A stretch of DNA of 59,463 nt from Bigelowiella natans CCMP2755 (taxonomy: Eukaryota; Protista; Cercozoa). The notes beneath the pieces were generated by a model. That model did no database searches. It was given only the letters and a program-made list of their open reading frames with translations, and had not been told where the DNA came from. Position 1 is the stretch's first letter. Each line of letters starts with the position of its first letter. Positions 37,621-49,598 of this stretch are shown here, in pieces. Location: positions 1-59,463 of the forward strand of contig ADNK01002331.1 in the NCBI GenBank assembly GCA_000320545.1, in the 5' to 3' direction. The translations under genes were made by a program, and so were the position numbers.

Positions 37621-38004
37621 GCGTGCATGCAAATGCGTGGCTGCGATGCACACATGCAAGCAGCTATAGCTACGTCATGCACGCCGTCGTATATCGAGCG
37701 GCGCGCAATAAGCACAGGGCATCGCTGTTATATAATCACAATGCACGTGCGTGTGATCGATGATCAAGACAGAGCTCGACGTATCGTAAGTATTGTACTA
37801 ATTGTTTTTCAATTGTCACAGCATCGTATGTGAGCATGCACACCATGCGTGCATTCAAATGCGTGGCTGCGATGCACACATGCAAGCAGCTATAGCTACG
37901 CCACGCCGTCGTATCGAGCGGCGCGCAATAAGCACAGGGCATCGCTGTTGTATAATCACAATACCCTAATGCACGTGCGTGTGATCGATGATCACAAGAC
38001 AGAG
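37621..38004. repeat. Imperfect direct repeat of ~155 bp (period ~226 bp), non-coding
   Basis: gcgtgcat.caaatgcgtggctgcgatgcacacatgcaagcagctatagctacg...gtgatcgatgatc..aagacagag at 37621-37774 and 37847-38004. Confidence 0.9.
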
Positions 38005-38410
38005 ACGCTGATTTCGAAGGAACGTACGCTTGCATGCGTTGCTGTTAATCATTACACATTATTTGCGATCGTGGGTGATATGCATGATGTAAACATGAAT
38101 TAGCACATATCAGTACCTGTGCGCTTTCGTGTTGTGGATCAATATTGATTTGAATGGAATCGATGATCAATGGCAACTAAAATGGTTTACATAAAGAGCA
38201 CCGGTGGCGGCGCTGTACACATTTTCTAGATAGATTTTAGTGTGAAAAAAATATTTTCTAAATGAAAAAGCACTACCGTAAACAATTTCCTCTAGAAAAT
38301 TTAAGAAATGTGGAAAAGTCGATTCACAGCTCGGTGCCTGCGCGCGCTCCCTCGATCCTCGTCTAAATAATATATATATATATTTTTCTGCTTCATAGAA
38401 GATCGAACCA

Positions 38411-41400
38411 TTATCCTCTAGCTTTTCTTAGATCCCTATTAACTCTTTCTACTTTTGTAGCCAAGTCGTTCTTCTCATTCTCCAGCTGTTCGTACTGTGC
38501 TTCGAGCTGTTCTATACTTAACTCTCCAGCTGTAGAGCTTCCAATACCCGCCTCACGCTTCTTGATTTCACCGGAGATTTGGAACATCTGCATCACAACG
38601 TTGCACATCTTTGAATCGTACTCATCCGCAAGATCCTCAAGCTGCTGCAGCTTGGATCCCACCTCCGTGGTGTTATGCTTCTGCGTCTTTTCCTCCCCAG
38701 GCTGTAGCAAGTTTGTGTGGCGAGATATATTATCGAGATGCGTTTGGATCGCCTTGGAATGCGTGTACAGCATGTACTTTTTCATGCGCTGCTGAAGCTG
38801 GTGGTGAGACATGTGGTCACCTACTTCTCCTCCCTGCAACTCCATCTTAAGAGCCACAACTTCCTCAATTTCTGAGTCCTGCGTCCTTGGCTCATCGCTT
38901 GAACGCGTGATAAAGAGATCCGCACAGCAGAATTGAAGAAGTTTATGGAACAACTGTAAGAATCTAGGGTGCCTGTCTTCCCATTGCTTGCTGAGAATAT
39001 GTGCGGTTGTGTGGACAAGAACAAGGATGAACTCTCCAACGTTCTTTAGTCTGTCTCTTCGGATAAAGAGGTTATGGTCTTCGCCCTCATCTGGATGGTC
39101 TGGCACAGGAGATGTCGAATGATGATACCAGAAAGAGTTCTTGTATGCGGTCTGGAAGGGGTTGACAGGAAGCTCCGAGGCGAGCAAAACCAGCGGTGGA
39201 GTGGGAATTGGTAAGCCCTTGTCGTCCTTCTCGTCTGTCTTCAACTCCTTCACAAAATTAAGCCCATGTTTGTATAAGACCTTGATCAGTGAGAGGCCGA
39301 AGCGGTGGAGGATGATTTCGTGGTTCGTTAGCTCCTCAAGCTCGCAGATCACGGGCTCCGTTAGCTCTGATGAGGATTGATATACTCTGTCCTTCTCGTC
39401 CACGAAGTTGGACCTCTGCCAGTCCTTAGTCGTCTTTCGGTAAGCCTTCATCAGATCCTCGATATTTTTTAGTTTCTTGAAGATCTCGAGCTCATGCGGC
39501 TTGACGGTCTGGCCAAACTCTTGCTGAAATTGTTCCATCGAGTACTCGGTCAGCACAACCGCGTCCTCCTCGGAGAATCCTACCCCACGACCTGCCCATG
39601 ACTGCGCAGCATTTCGAACCACAGAGTCTTGCTGCGATGATTTCGACAGGAATTGCATGTGGTTTGCCAGCCGCTTCTTGTTCTTTCGCTTCTTCTTGCG
39701 GTTTTCAAGCTCCTTCTCGAGCATGTCGAGCTGGCGCTCCTGCTCGACAAGGATAGCTTCGTGGAGCATCTTTTCGTCGTCGCGGTACTGCTTGAGGATC
39801 ATGTCCGACGCCTTCTTACCGTCTCCCATATTCTTCAGATACTTCTCCTTCTCTTCAGTAACAGTCTTGTGGTCCTTACCGAGCGCCATCTTGATGCGTT
39901 TCTCAGCACGCTCGCGCTCACGTTGTCGAATTCGCTCAATCTGGGCCTCCTTTTCGGCCTTGAGCTTCTTCATTTCCTCGGCATGTTTATTGGCTTGCTC
40001 AGCAGCACTGTCCATCATCTTCTGGGCTGCATCGTTCTTTAGCTCTGCATCCTCCCATTCGACGCCGTCACAAGTTTCATTGGGGAAGAACTTTTTGAAT
40101 GTCTTCTTCACTTGGTCATTCTGCTTTTGCTTCATCTCCCTGTATGATTGTTGCTGTTTCTTCATCATTTCGGCAAGTGGCACATCACCATCCTCCTGAA
40201 GCTTAGCCAGGTCGGCCTGTGCCTTTTTGACAACGTCTTTGCGTTGTTCCTTGAATCGATTCTTAAATACAGCCTCAATTACGTCCTTGGCGTGTTCCTT
40301 CTTAGTCTCCTCGTCGGTGAAGTGCGAAAGAGCATCTTCGATCTGCTGGATCTCTTCAGTGCTGATGCCGTCTTTGTTTACGGTTTGGTCGCCTGAGTTT
40401 TTCTTCTTGCGCCTTCGAGCTAGCATGCGCTTGCGGCGGGCCTTCATTCGGTCCTGTGCAGCTTTTCGCTCGTCCTGCAGTTTCTTCTCCTCCGAGGCGC
40501 GTGAGGTAGTAAAGCTGTCAAGGAGGTTGTTAATCTGGCTCTTCGCCTTTTCTGAGTCAGACACCTCCTTTTCTTTGGCCTCTCGACGTTTGGCTTCTTC
40601 TTCGAGCTCTCTGATACGCTTCTGAAGATCGTCGACGTCTGCGTTCTCGTCAACCTTTTTCTCAACGATATCATCATTACTATCAGTGAGGTTCTTCTTC
40701 TGCTTCTCATTCCATTCATCAATCTGGGCTTTGGCCTCATCCTTCTTTAACTTCATATTTTGGGCCTCCTCCTTGCTGAGGTTCAGAATTTTCTCGGCTT
40801 CTTCATTGCGCAACTTTGCTTCGGACTTCGATTCCTCATCCTGGATTTTGTTCATCTCCTCGATGAACTCCAGTTTTTGTACGTCATTTTTATCGGAGGA
40901 TTCAAACTTCCTCCTCAGCTTCTCACGACGACGGCGTAATTTGTCTCGGAGCTTTTGGCGCGCAAGGTCGCTGTCAGCCTTGAGTTTCATTGCAGCGTTG
41001 TCGCGTTCTGCACGTGATTTCTTTAGTAGATCCGCAACATCCTTGTCGACCTTTGCATCGTTCTTCTTTCGGAGTTCGTTCAGTAGGCGTTCCTGCTCCT
41101 TTGCAGCCTTGGCCTTGAGCTTCTCGACCATAGCATCGTACTCCTCCTGCATTCTTAGGCGCTCCTCAGGATCAGAGGCGCCTTCAAGGTTCTTTCTGTG
41201 CATTGCGAGCTTCTTCTGTACCTGGCGCTCAATTGCATCAGAAATTTTCTTCTCTGCCTCAGCCTCTTGTTGCATAGCCTTGGTCGCGCCGTCGACGGTA
41301 TTCTCAATCTTCTGCTCAAGCTCCTGCTCGAAACCCTCCATTTGATCTTTCACCTTTTCAGAAAGTTTCTTTTCTTGTTCGAGCTGTTCCTGAAGCAAGC

Positions 41401-41641
41401 TTACCTGTTCTTTCAGCACACCTTGCTCGATCTTCTTCACCTCTTCGTCATTGGCATCCTTGCCTTCATCCTGAAGCTTCTTTTTCTCCGCCTCAGCCCT
41501 GGCCTTGGCAGCCGCCATGCGCTTTCTCATTCTGGCCTTCATAATGTCCATCTGTTTTTTCTTGGATGACTGAAGTTCCGTGAGCCTTTTGCTGCGCTCC
41601 TTATCGGCCATGCTGATATTATATGCAGAGTAATATTATAT

Positions 41642-41678
<37 letters not shown>

Positions 41679-44600
41679 CATACACCAGCATGAATATAAA
41701 TAAATACATAACAGCAAAACTCAATATATAGTGTGTTGTGTGAGAGATATCGGTACACATTATGTATGATCGAAGCAGCAGCAGCAGTTGCTTAAATATA
41801 TGTGCGTGCTTTTTTATTAAAGTCAAAATCCTCTGTAAATGAGAAATCGAGTTTATTGTATTCACGGAAATGGGAGAACTCCTTTCAAACTCCAAACCTG
41901 ATAAGGCCGTTGATAGTGGCCTCTTCGTTCATGCGAGACTTGGCTTCATCGATCAACCTTTGCTTAAGTCGTTGCTCCTCAGCATCCTTACCTTCGAGAA
42001 GCTTCCGCATCTTCTCTTCGTATTCGGCTTTGAGTTTATCAGCATCGATGTTGTTTGAAACGTTGCCATCCCCTGTCTGGATGCTGTTGAGAACCTGCTC
42101 CTTGACGAGCTCCGAGGCAGTGTCTTTCTCTTTATCTTTTGCGTTGTTTCGCTTGGATTCCATATCAGCCTTCATCTCCGCAAGTCTCTTCTCTCGTGCA
42201 GCTTTACGTTTCCTGGCGAGTTCCTGGAGACGCTTCTTGCGCTGTTCAGCAGCCCCGTCGCCCTCTCCAACCTCCATAGCTAGTTGGACTTCGGACTCCT
42301 TTAGGATACCAATGGAGTTGTCATCTGAGACTCCAGACGAAGAAATGAGCTTTTGGAACTCCAACTCGTCTTGGTGCATTCGTTCTTGCTCGAGCCTTAA
42401 CTCTTCGGCGTGCTTGCGTTCCATTTCGAGCCTCTTCTGCCGCTGACGGTCAACCTTGTCTTGAAGTTCCTTAATTCTCTTGAGGCGCTCCGCAGCTGCC
42501 TTAGCCTCTTCGTCATCCTCGGCGTCCTCGAGCGCGTCTGTGATGTCCACCAGCCCATTTTTAGATTCATCCTCAACCTTCTTTAGCTCATCTTCTGCCT
42601 TCTTAAGCTCCTCAAGGTCTTTCTTCTCCTCCTCCGTCTTTTTCTCCTCGACAGCGCCTGCAATCTCACCAGCAACCTCGAGCTTGGCTTTCTCCTCTGC
42701 TTCCTTGCGAAGCCTCTCCTCCAGCTCCTTTTTCTTTGCTTCGTGCTCCTTCTTGAGTTCCTCGATCTTATCCTTTAGCGCTTTGATGGCGGCGTCATTC
42801 TCCTCGTCCTTCATCTTGCTCTGTAACTTGAGCTTCTCGAGATTACCACGGAGAACCTTGGCCTCGCTGTCTAGTGACGAGTCGACGATACCGGCAAATG
42901 GATCTGTCGGATCGAATGGCTCGGCTCTCAGAAGAGTTTGCGACTTCTCGTCAAAAACGAAGCCACCCTTCATTCCCAGTAGGCCGGAGAGTACCTTGGC
43001 CATGTCAGGATTAATGCCACGGAACAGATTAGTAGACTTTGCTGCAACTTCTTCCTCGCGCTTGTTGAGAAGCTCGTTGGCCACATGATCGTGCTGGTCA
43101 GAAGCATTTTGCGCCGCGTCATCGAGCGTCGACTTAAGTTTAGATAAGTCTCCTCGTAGCTTGAGGCACTTTTCGCCGATGACCTTGGCTTTCTTGATCA
43201 TACGAAGGTGCTGTTTTTGCTGCTCGCGTTTGAGCTTATCGTCGCCACCAGGTGTGTTTGCTGCGGCCTTCTTGATGGCAGCAAACTTCTCGTCAAGCTT
43301 TGCAATCCGCTTCAAGACTTCGTTGATGCTGAAATTGAAGGCGTTCAGCTTCACGACGAGAGCGTCCTGAACCTTCTTCTCCATGAAATCAAGGTCGCTT
43401 AGAGCCTTGATGATAGGGACGCCAACTACCTCAACATGTGCACCGAAGCCGCGACGTCGTGTCCTTTCCTGTTCAATCCCACGGAAGAGGTTCATAATGT
43501 GCTGCTGAAGAATGCGGCATTGGTTGCGAACCTCAGTGATGGTGTAATCCTCATTACGGATCGTGTTGATCGCATTAGGCATGTCGCTGGTGCAGATTTG
43601 CCAAAGTCGTAAGCGCATATCTTCGAGCCGCCACTGAAAAGATTTGCGTGCGGATATCTCCGCCAAGACGAGACGGCGAACTGCCTCTCCAAATCCTTCG
43701 CCCGAAGTCTTAAGCTGCACGTTCATCTTGACGGCGAGGACAGATTTGAGATGGTCCGTCTCCTCGCTCATGTGCTTGTAGAAGGAGCGCAAATCCTCTT
43801 CTTGCGACTTGAACTGTTGCGTGAAGTCCTCACGAGAAAGCTCCAGCTGCTTGTATAGAGAATGGAAGTCGAAGTCTTCGGTCGAGACCTGATTCTGCCA
43901 CTCGTACATGTGAGCTTTCTCCACGCCCTCACCATTGTCGATCTTAGATTTGACACTTCTCTTCGACGCATCTCCCTGTATAATCTTTTCCCCTGCTATG
44001 GGTGGATCTTTTTCCATGGAGGTAGATAGAATGGGTTGAGTAACATCGAGATCTTTTGTCACGGTCTTGTTGATGACCGGCTTTCCAGGTTGTACGACCC
44101 CTGCTGCTGGTACAGAAACACCTCCGGTAAGGTCAAGCTCTTTGGGGTCTCGTAGCCCTTTGGATGTATCCTTCTGCTGGACGACAGAGCCCTTAGAATG
44201 GAAGTGCCACAGGTTAAGGCTATTGCTTTTCGCCTTCGTACGGTAGCGAGCGTTGGCAGCGTTGGCGGTGCCCCATCCGGTGTTACGGAAGACGTAGGAG
44301 CCAATGATCAGACCGAGAAGGACAGCGAGAACTAATCCCGCCATGATACCAATCATTGTCCAGTCGGGCGTCAGGAGTAGGTCGTCCTCCTTGCTCACGC
44401 CGAGCGAGTTTAGATTCTCAATCGTGAATGGCAAAATGCGCGCTTCGCCTGGGCACTGCGAGGTCGAAGGTAAGACACGGTAGATCGTGCTCCGCGAGGT
44501 GGTGGCTGAGGCATCAGCGAATACGTATGTCCCTGCCTGCTTAAACGTATATGCAAAGACACTGACTGACGTAGCATTTGCCTGCAGCCTCGACTTAAGT

Positions 44601-47600
44601 TCGCGAAATGCTCCATGGTCGAAGTTCTTCGGTTCATTGAGCAGGTCGCTCTCTAAATAGACGGGATAGCTAGTGCCCGTAACGGAAAAAATCACACCTT
44701 CCCCTTCAATGAGACAATGAAGTGCCGGAGAGAAGGAAGCGGTGACGGAGCTAGACGTATCAAGAAGCTGGCGTCCACCAGCATTGAATTCTTGAACGCT
44801 GTTCCACTCATCGAAACTCGCTGTAGCATTAACAGGCAGCGTCATGGCAACATAATCGAGCGTCTGCACTCGCCGAGTGTACTCATCCATGGCGAGAGCT
44901 GAGGCTGTGATCGGACAAGCCTGTTTAATCTTGTTCAAGAACGCGTCGGTAAGGGAATATGATCCTGAAATCGTTCCACCACTCACTTCAGAACTGAGCA
45001 TGGTACACGTGGCGCCAGCGCAGTCGGAGTAATCGACGAAGCCGGAGAGTGCCGACATTTCGACCACACAAGAGGCCACACCCGAGCTGGAGTCATTATA
45101 AATGTAAATGGTGTGGTCGACGAGCACAACAACAGGTTTCGAGGCGCGGCAAGTTGCATCACAGATTGTGTCAAGATCAGGCGCATCATTGCATTGGCAG
45201 GTTCCAAGCGTGGGCGAGAAGGTACCACCAGCGCTGCCGCAGTCGCCGGCTTCTGTACAGTCGTAGGTGGGGTCCTTGCACGATCCATCGGACTTACGAG
45301 CTTGGCCAGACCGGCAACGGTCATAAACCTTTAGTTCGCAGTCCTGATCGCCATCAACGTTTGAGCCGTCATCACCTTGAGTGTCTGTGTACGTGTAGCC
45401 ACCTTCGCAAAGACACGACGAGTCAAATGCCTGGAATACACGGTTCCTTCCTATGCAATTGCAAGTCGTTGCCCCCTCTGAGGATTCGGAAGTTGACGAG
45501 CAAGAGAAGCATCCAGACTGACCCTTTTTGTTGTTATACGTGTTTTTGGGGCAGAGCTCGCACGTCGTCGCGTCGACAGCTCCAGTACTATTACTATATG
45601 TTCCTTCCGGACAAGGAAGGGCCATCGTAGTTGCCTTTGGACAGTAGTATCCCTTCGGGCATATCATGCCGCCTTGGAAGTCGTACAAAGGAGAGGGGTC
45701 TGAAGCTCCCCCAGTGCAGACGTATCCTGCGTCGCAGTCCATGCAAGTCTTCTCGCTCGAGTTGACCTGCCACTTTCCAGGCAGACAATCTGCGCATGTC
45801 GTGACGAAGGACGTCCTGTTCACGACATCGAGGGAGCGCGTACCGTTGCCGCAGGGAATCGGGAATACTGACCCCAGAGGACAATAGTTTGGACCGTCGC
45901 AGTATATCGGTTTTGTGCTGTTAGCGGGACAGTACCAGCCGGGTGGACACAGATTTGCGACCTCAGACCGCGGAGGGCAATAGGAGCCGCCAGGACAATT
46001 AGTAGGCTGTGACGAGTTCTTGGGGCAATAAGTACCTGCCCAGCAAGCCAGCGGAACATCGGTGGCGTCAGGGCAGTAGAAACCGCCAGGACATGAGCGA
46101 CATTCTGTGCGGGACCCAGCACCTGTAATGTCCTGGAAGGTTCCTGCAGTACATGGGATACTTTGGTTCACGCCCTTTGTACAGTAGGCTTTCACGGGAC
46201 ATAAGTGCGGACTTAGCGAGGAGATTCCTTCGACATTGCACAAGTAACCCTTTGGACAAGTGTCGCAGTCAGAAAGGTTTTTTCCTCCCGTGGCTGTGCG
46301 GTATGTTCTCGCGGGGCAGAGAATAGGGCGAGTCTTAAAAGGACAGTACTTCCCAGCGGGACAGGGTACAGGCAGGACGCTACCTGCATCACATTGAAAG
46401 CCAGCAGGGCAATCAGTACAGTCATCGACTCTCTCTCCATAAGTTGCGTTGCGATAAGTATCGTCCGGACAAGGAACGGCGGCTGGGATACCGCGTGGGC
46501 AGTAGTGGCCTTTGGGGCAAGGGGTTCCACGTCCGGGGACATTGGGCGTCGCCTCGTAGTTTTTGATCGTGCAAATGTAGCCGGCAGAGCAATTACCAGA
46601 AATCTGTCCATCAGTACAATACTGGCCAGCAGGACAGGCCTGGCACTGAGCGACGTTTCCGAGCCCCGCCATCGCGCCGTAAGTTCCGTTGGGGCAGAGG
46701 ATGTGGTACTCGGTACCGTTGGGACAGTAGGACCCTACAGGGCACTCAATGGTCTGGTTTGAGTTATCCGGGCAGTAGAAGCGTGCTGGGCAATACTTGC
46801 ACTCGGCAAGCCCAGGTAGATCAGAGTAGGTACCGCCCGAGCACTTAATGGCCATCGAGGAGCCGGGAGGGCATGAGTATCCTGATGGGCAGAGATTAGC
46901 TGATGAGTTCCCAGTGATGGAGCCCTGAGGACAGTAGTAGCCTGCAGTACAGTTGTTCGTGGGCGCTCCCAGACCAGGCGTTTCACAGAAACTCCCCTCA
47001 GGACAAGAGACGCACGAGATCTCGGCGAGGGCGCCCTTGTGCGGATTGTACTTGCCTGGAGAGCAGGGCACTGGGGCCTGAGTTCCATTCGGACAATAGT
47101 GGCCAGCAGGACAATCACCATACCCTGTCCATCCACCGCCAACTCCCTTGACTACAGTGCCGTTGGGGGTTGGGGAGGATGAGCCTTGGCCGCAGAAATA
47201 GCCGCCAAAGCAATCGCCGTTACCAGGCTCTGTCAAGTTGAGCTGGTTGCAGTATTTACCAGCAGGGCAGAGAGTGCAGTTGTTGACGCCGGGTCGACGA
47301 AGTTCGTTACTCCAAGTACCCTTGGGGCACGGGTCTGGGTGTACAGAGCCAGCGGCGCAGTAATAGCCAACAGGGCAGGGTTTTTCAACTACACTAGTCA
47401 TATTGGTTTCGTCGCAGTAATATCCAGCGGTGCAGGCGTCACAGACTCCTCGACCAGGGTTAGCGTTCCAAGTCCCCACCCCACAGTTTAGCTCTACCGT
47501 CGTTCCCTCTGGGCAATACTTCCCCGGGTGACATTGTCGACCCGTTGTGCCGTCTACAGGGGTTGGTGTTTCTGCACGACTGAAGCAAATGTAGCCCGGT

Positions 47601-49109
47601 GAGCACAGACCAGAGTTGTTGCTGTTGAGAGCGGAAGCTGCGGCCTCAGCACAGTACTGTCCCCTAGGACAGTCTAGGCAGTCGGACTGAGCCGTATTTC
47701 CTTTACCACTGCTAAAAAGACCTTTTCCGCAAGCGGTGGGTAGCGAAGAATTGGCGGGGCAAAAGAAGCCCTCAGGACACACATTACCAGTAACCGCATC
47801 CGTAGGAGTGGCACTCGATGAGCCCCCTAGACAATAGTAGCCTTTCTGGCAGATTCCAGTAGGCTCTGTAAGCCCATTACTGGCACAATAGCTACCTCCC
47901 GTGCAGTTCATGCAGTCCGCCTCTCTTGGGAGCTGGTATTTGTCACTGAAGGTCCCTTTTGGGCACGGGTATTGGGTACGGAACGTAGTGTTTTCAAGAC
48001 AATAATATCCTGGAGCGCAAACAGTCATGTTCTCATTTCCGGCTCCTTCAGCGTAGAAACCTGCGGTTGCAGACTTGCAAGTGCCTTTCTTCAGCTCATC
48101 CTGGTACGTACCAGCGGGGCAGGGGACTGGCCATCCTGTTCCCAAAGGGCACTTGTGTCCCCTCGGACATTCAAGCGTGGGTGTGACGGTACCGTTAAGG
48201 CAATAGTAGCCCTCAGTGCACAGGATTGACGAGTTGACTGAAGCCACGCCGGAACGATCACAATAGTAGCCGGAAGGGCACGGCTTGCAGGTTCCAAGAT
48301 CCTTCGCTCCCATTGATGGGGAATAAGATCCGGGAGGACATGGGACGGGATCCTTGGTTGCATTGGGGCAGAAGTGGCCCGTTGTACATTCCAGATGCGT
48401 TGGCGTTACAGCCCCCTGATCGCAATAGTATCCTTCGTAGCATTTACCACTAGGCGCACCGAGCCGGAAGTCTTGGCAGAATGCACCACCCAAGCATGGA
48501 ACTTGAGCAGGGCTACCGGGTGGGCAGTAGTTCCCTGGAGTACACTGGCCCCCGACGGTGGCGTTTGGGTTTTTGAAGGCCGAGCCGCCTGTGCAGTAAT
48601 AACCTGCCTCGCAAGGTCCAGTCGCATTTCCAAGACCGGGAGTCTCGCAGTACATACCAGCTGGGCAGTCTATACAATCCTCGGGGCCATCACGGCCTAA
48701 AACCGGATTGAACTTCCCAGGACCGCACGGGTTTTCATTGTAGACACGAGTACCGATGGGGCAGTAGTGACCCTTAGGGCACTCATGTGGCTGGCTGGCG
48801 CTTTGAGGACAGAAAAAGCCCGGGGGGCAAATTGAACATGCGGATGAGCCAGTGACGTTCGTGTAGTTGCCTGAATCGCATGGAATCATCTCCCAAGATC
48901 CCTCGGGACAGTAGTTTCCAGCCTGGCAGATATCACCACCCACACCGCCTGATGGCGTTGGGGTGGTCGAGTTGCCAGTGCAGTAGTATCTAAGTGAAAG
49001 CAAGAGGCTCAGAACAGTGTTCAAAAACTCTAACTCGAGCGCATATACACACATACACATAAATATTTGAACACGCCTATATGCATCGCATATTGAGTGT
49101 ATATGTTTC

Positions 49110-49160
<51 letters not shown>

Positions 49161-49541
49161 GAAAGCATATTTTGGAGGAAATAAATAAGCAATGAGCAAG
49201 TCGCACCCTGCACTGCATTTGCCAGTAGGTGCCCCGAGGCCAGAGGAACCGCAGTAGTGGCCCTTGGTACAGGATCGGCACTTCGACCCGTCCACATCCA
49301 TTGAGGAGTTAGACCACTTTCCAGGCGGGCAGTGAGTCGGCTGCGCCGAACCGGAGGGACAGAAACTCCCTGCTGGGCATATATGATTCACAGCGTTTGC
49401 TGTTTTACCGTATTTATCTTGAGATCCAGGAGGGCAGTAGTAACCCTGCTGGCATTCGCCTGTTGGCTGCTGAGCCCCGAGTGTGTCGCAATACTTGCCG
49501 CCAGTGCCTAACAAATGGCCGTGATGAGAGAGGGGATATTA

Positions 49542-49598
<57 letters not shown>

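Noticed and set aside
39653-43402. Long plus-strand Ser/Phe/Leu-rich ORFs (e.g. 39657-40199, 40686-41345, 42480-43088)
   Set aside because: Antisense shadows of the E/K-rich coiled-coil exons.
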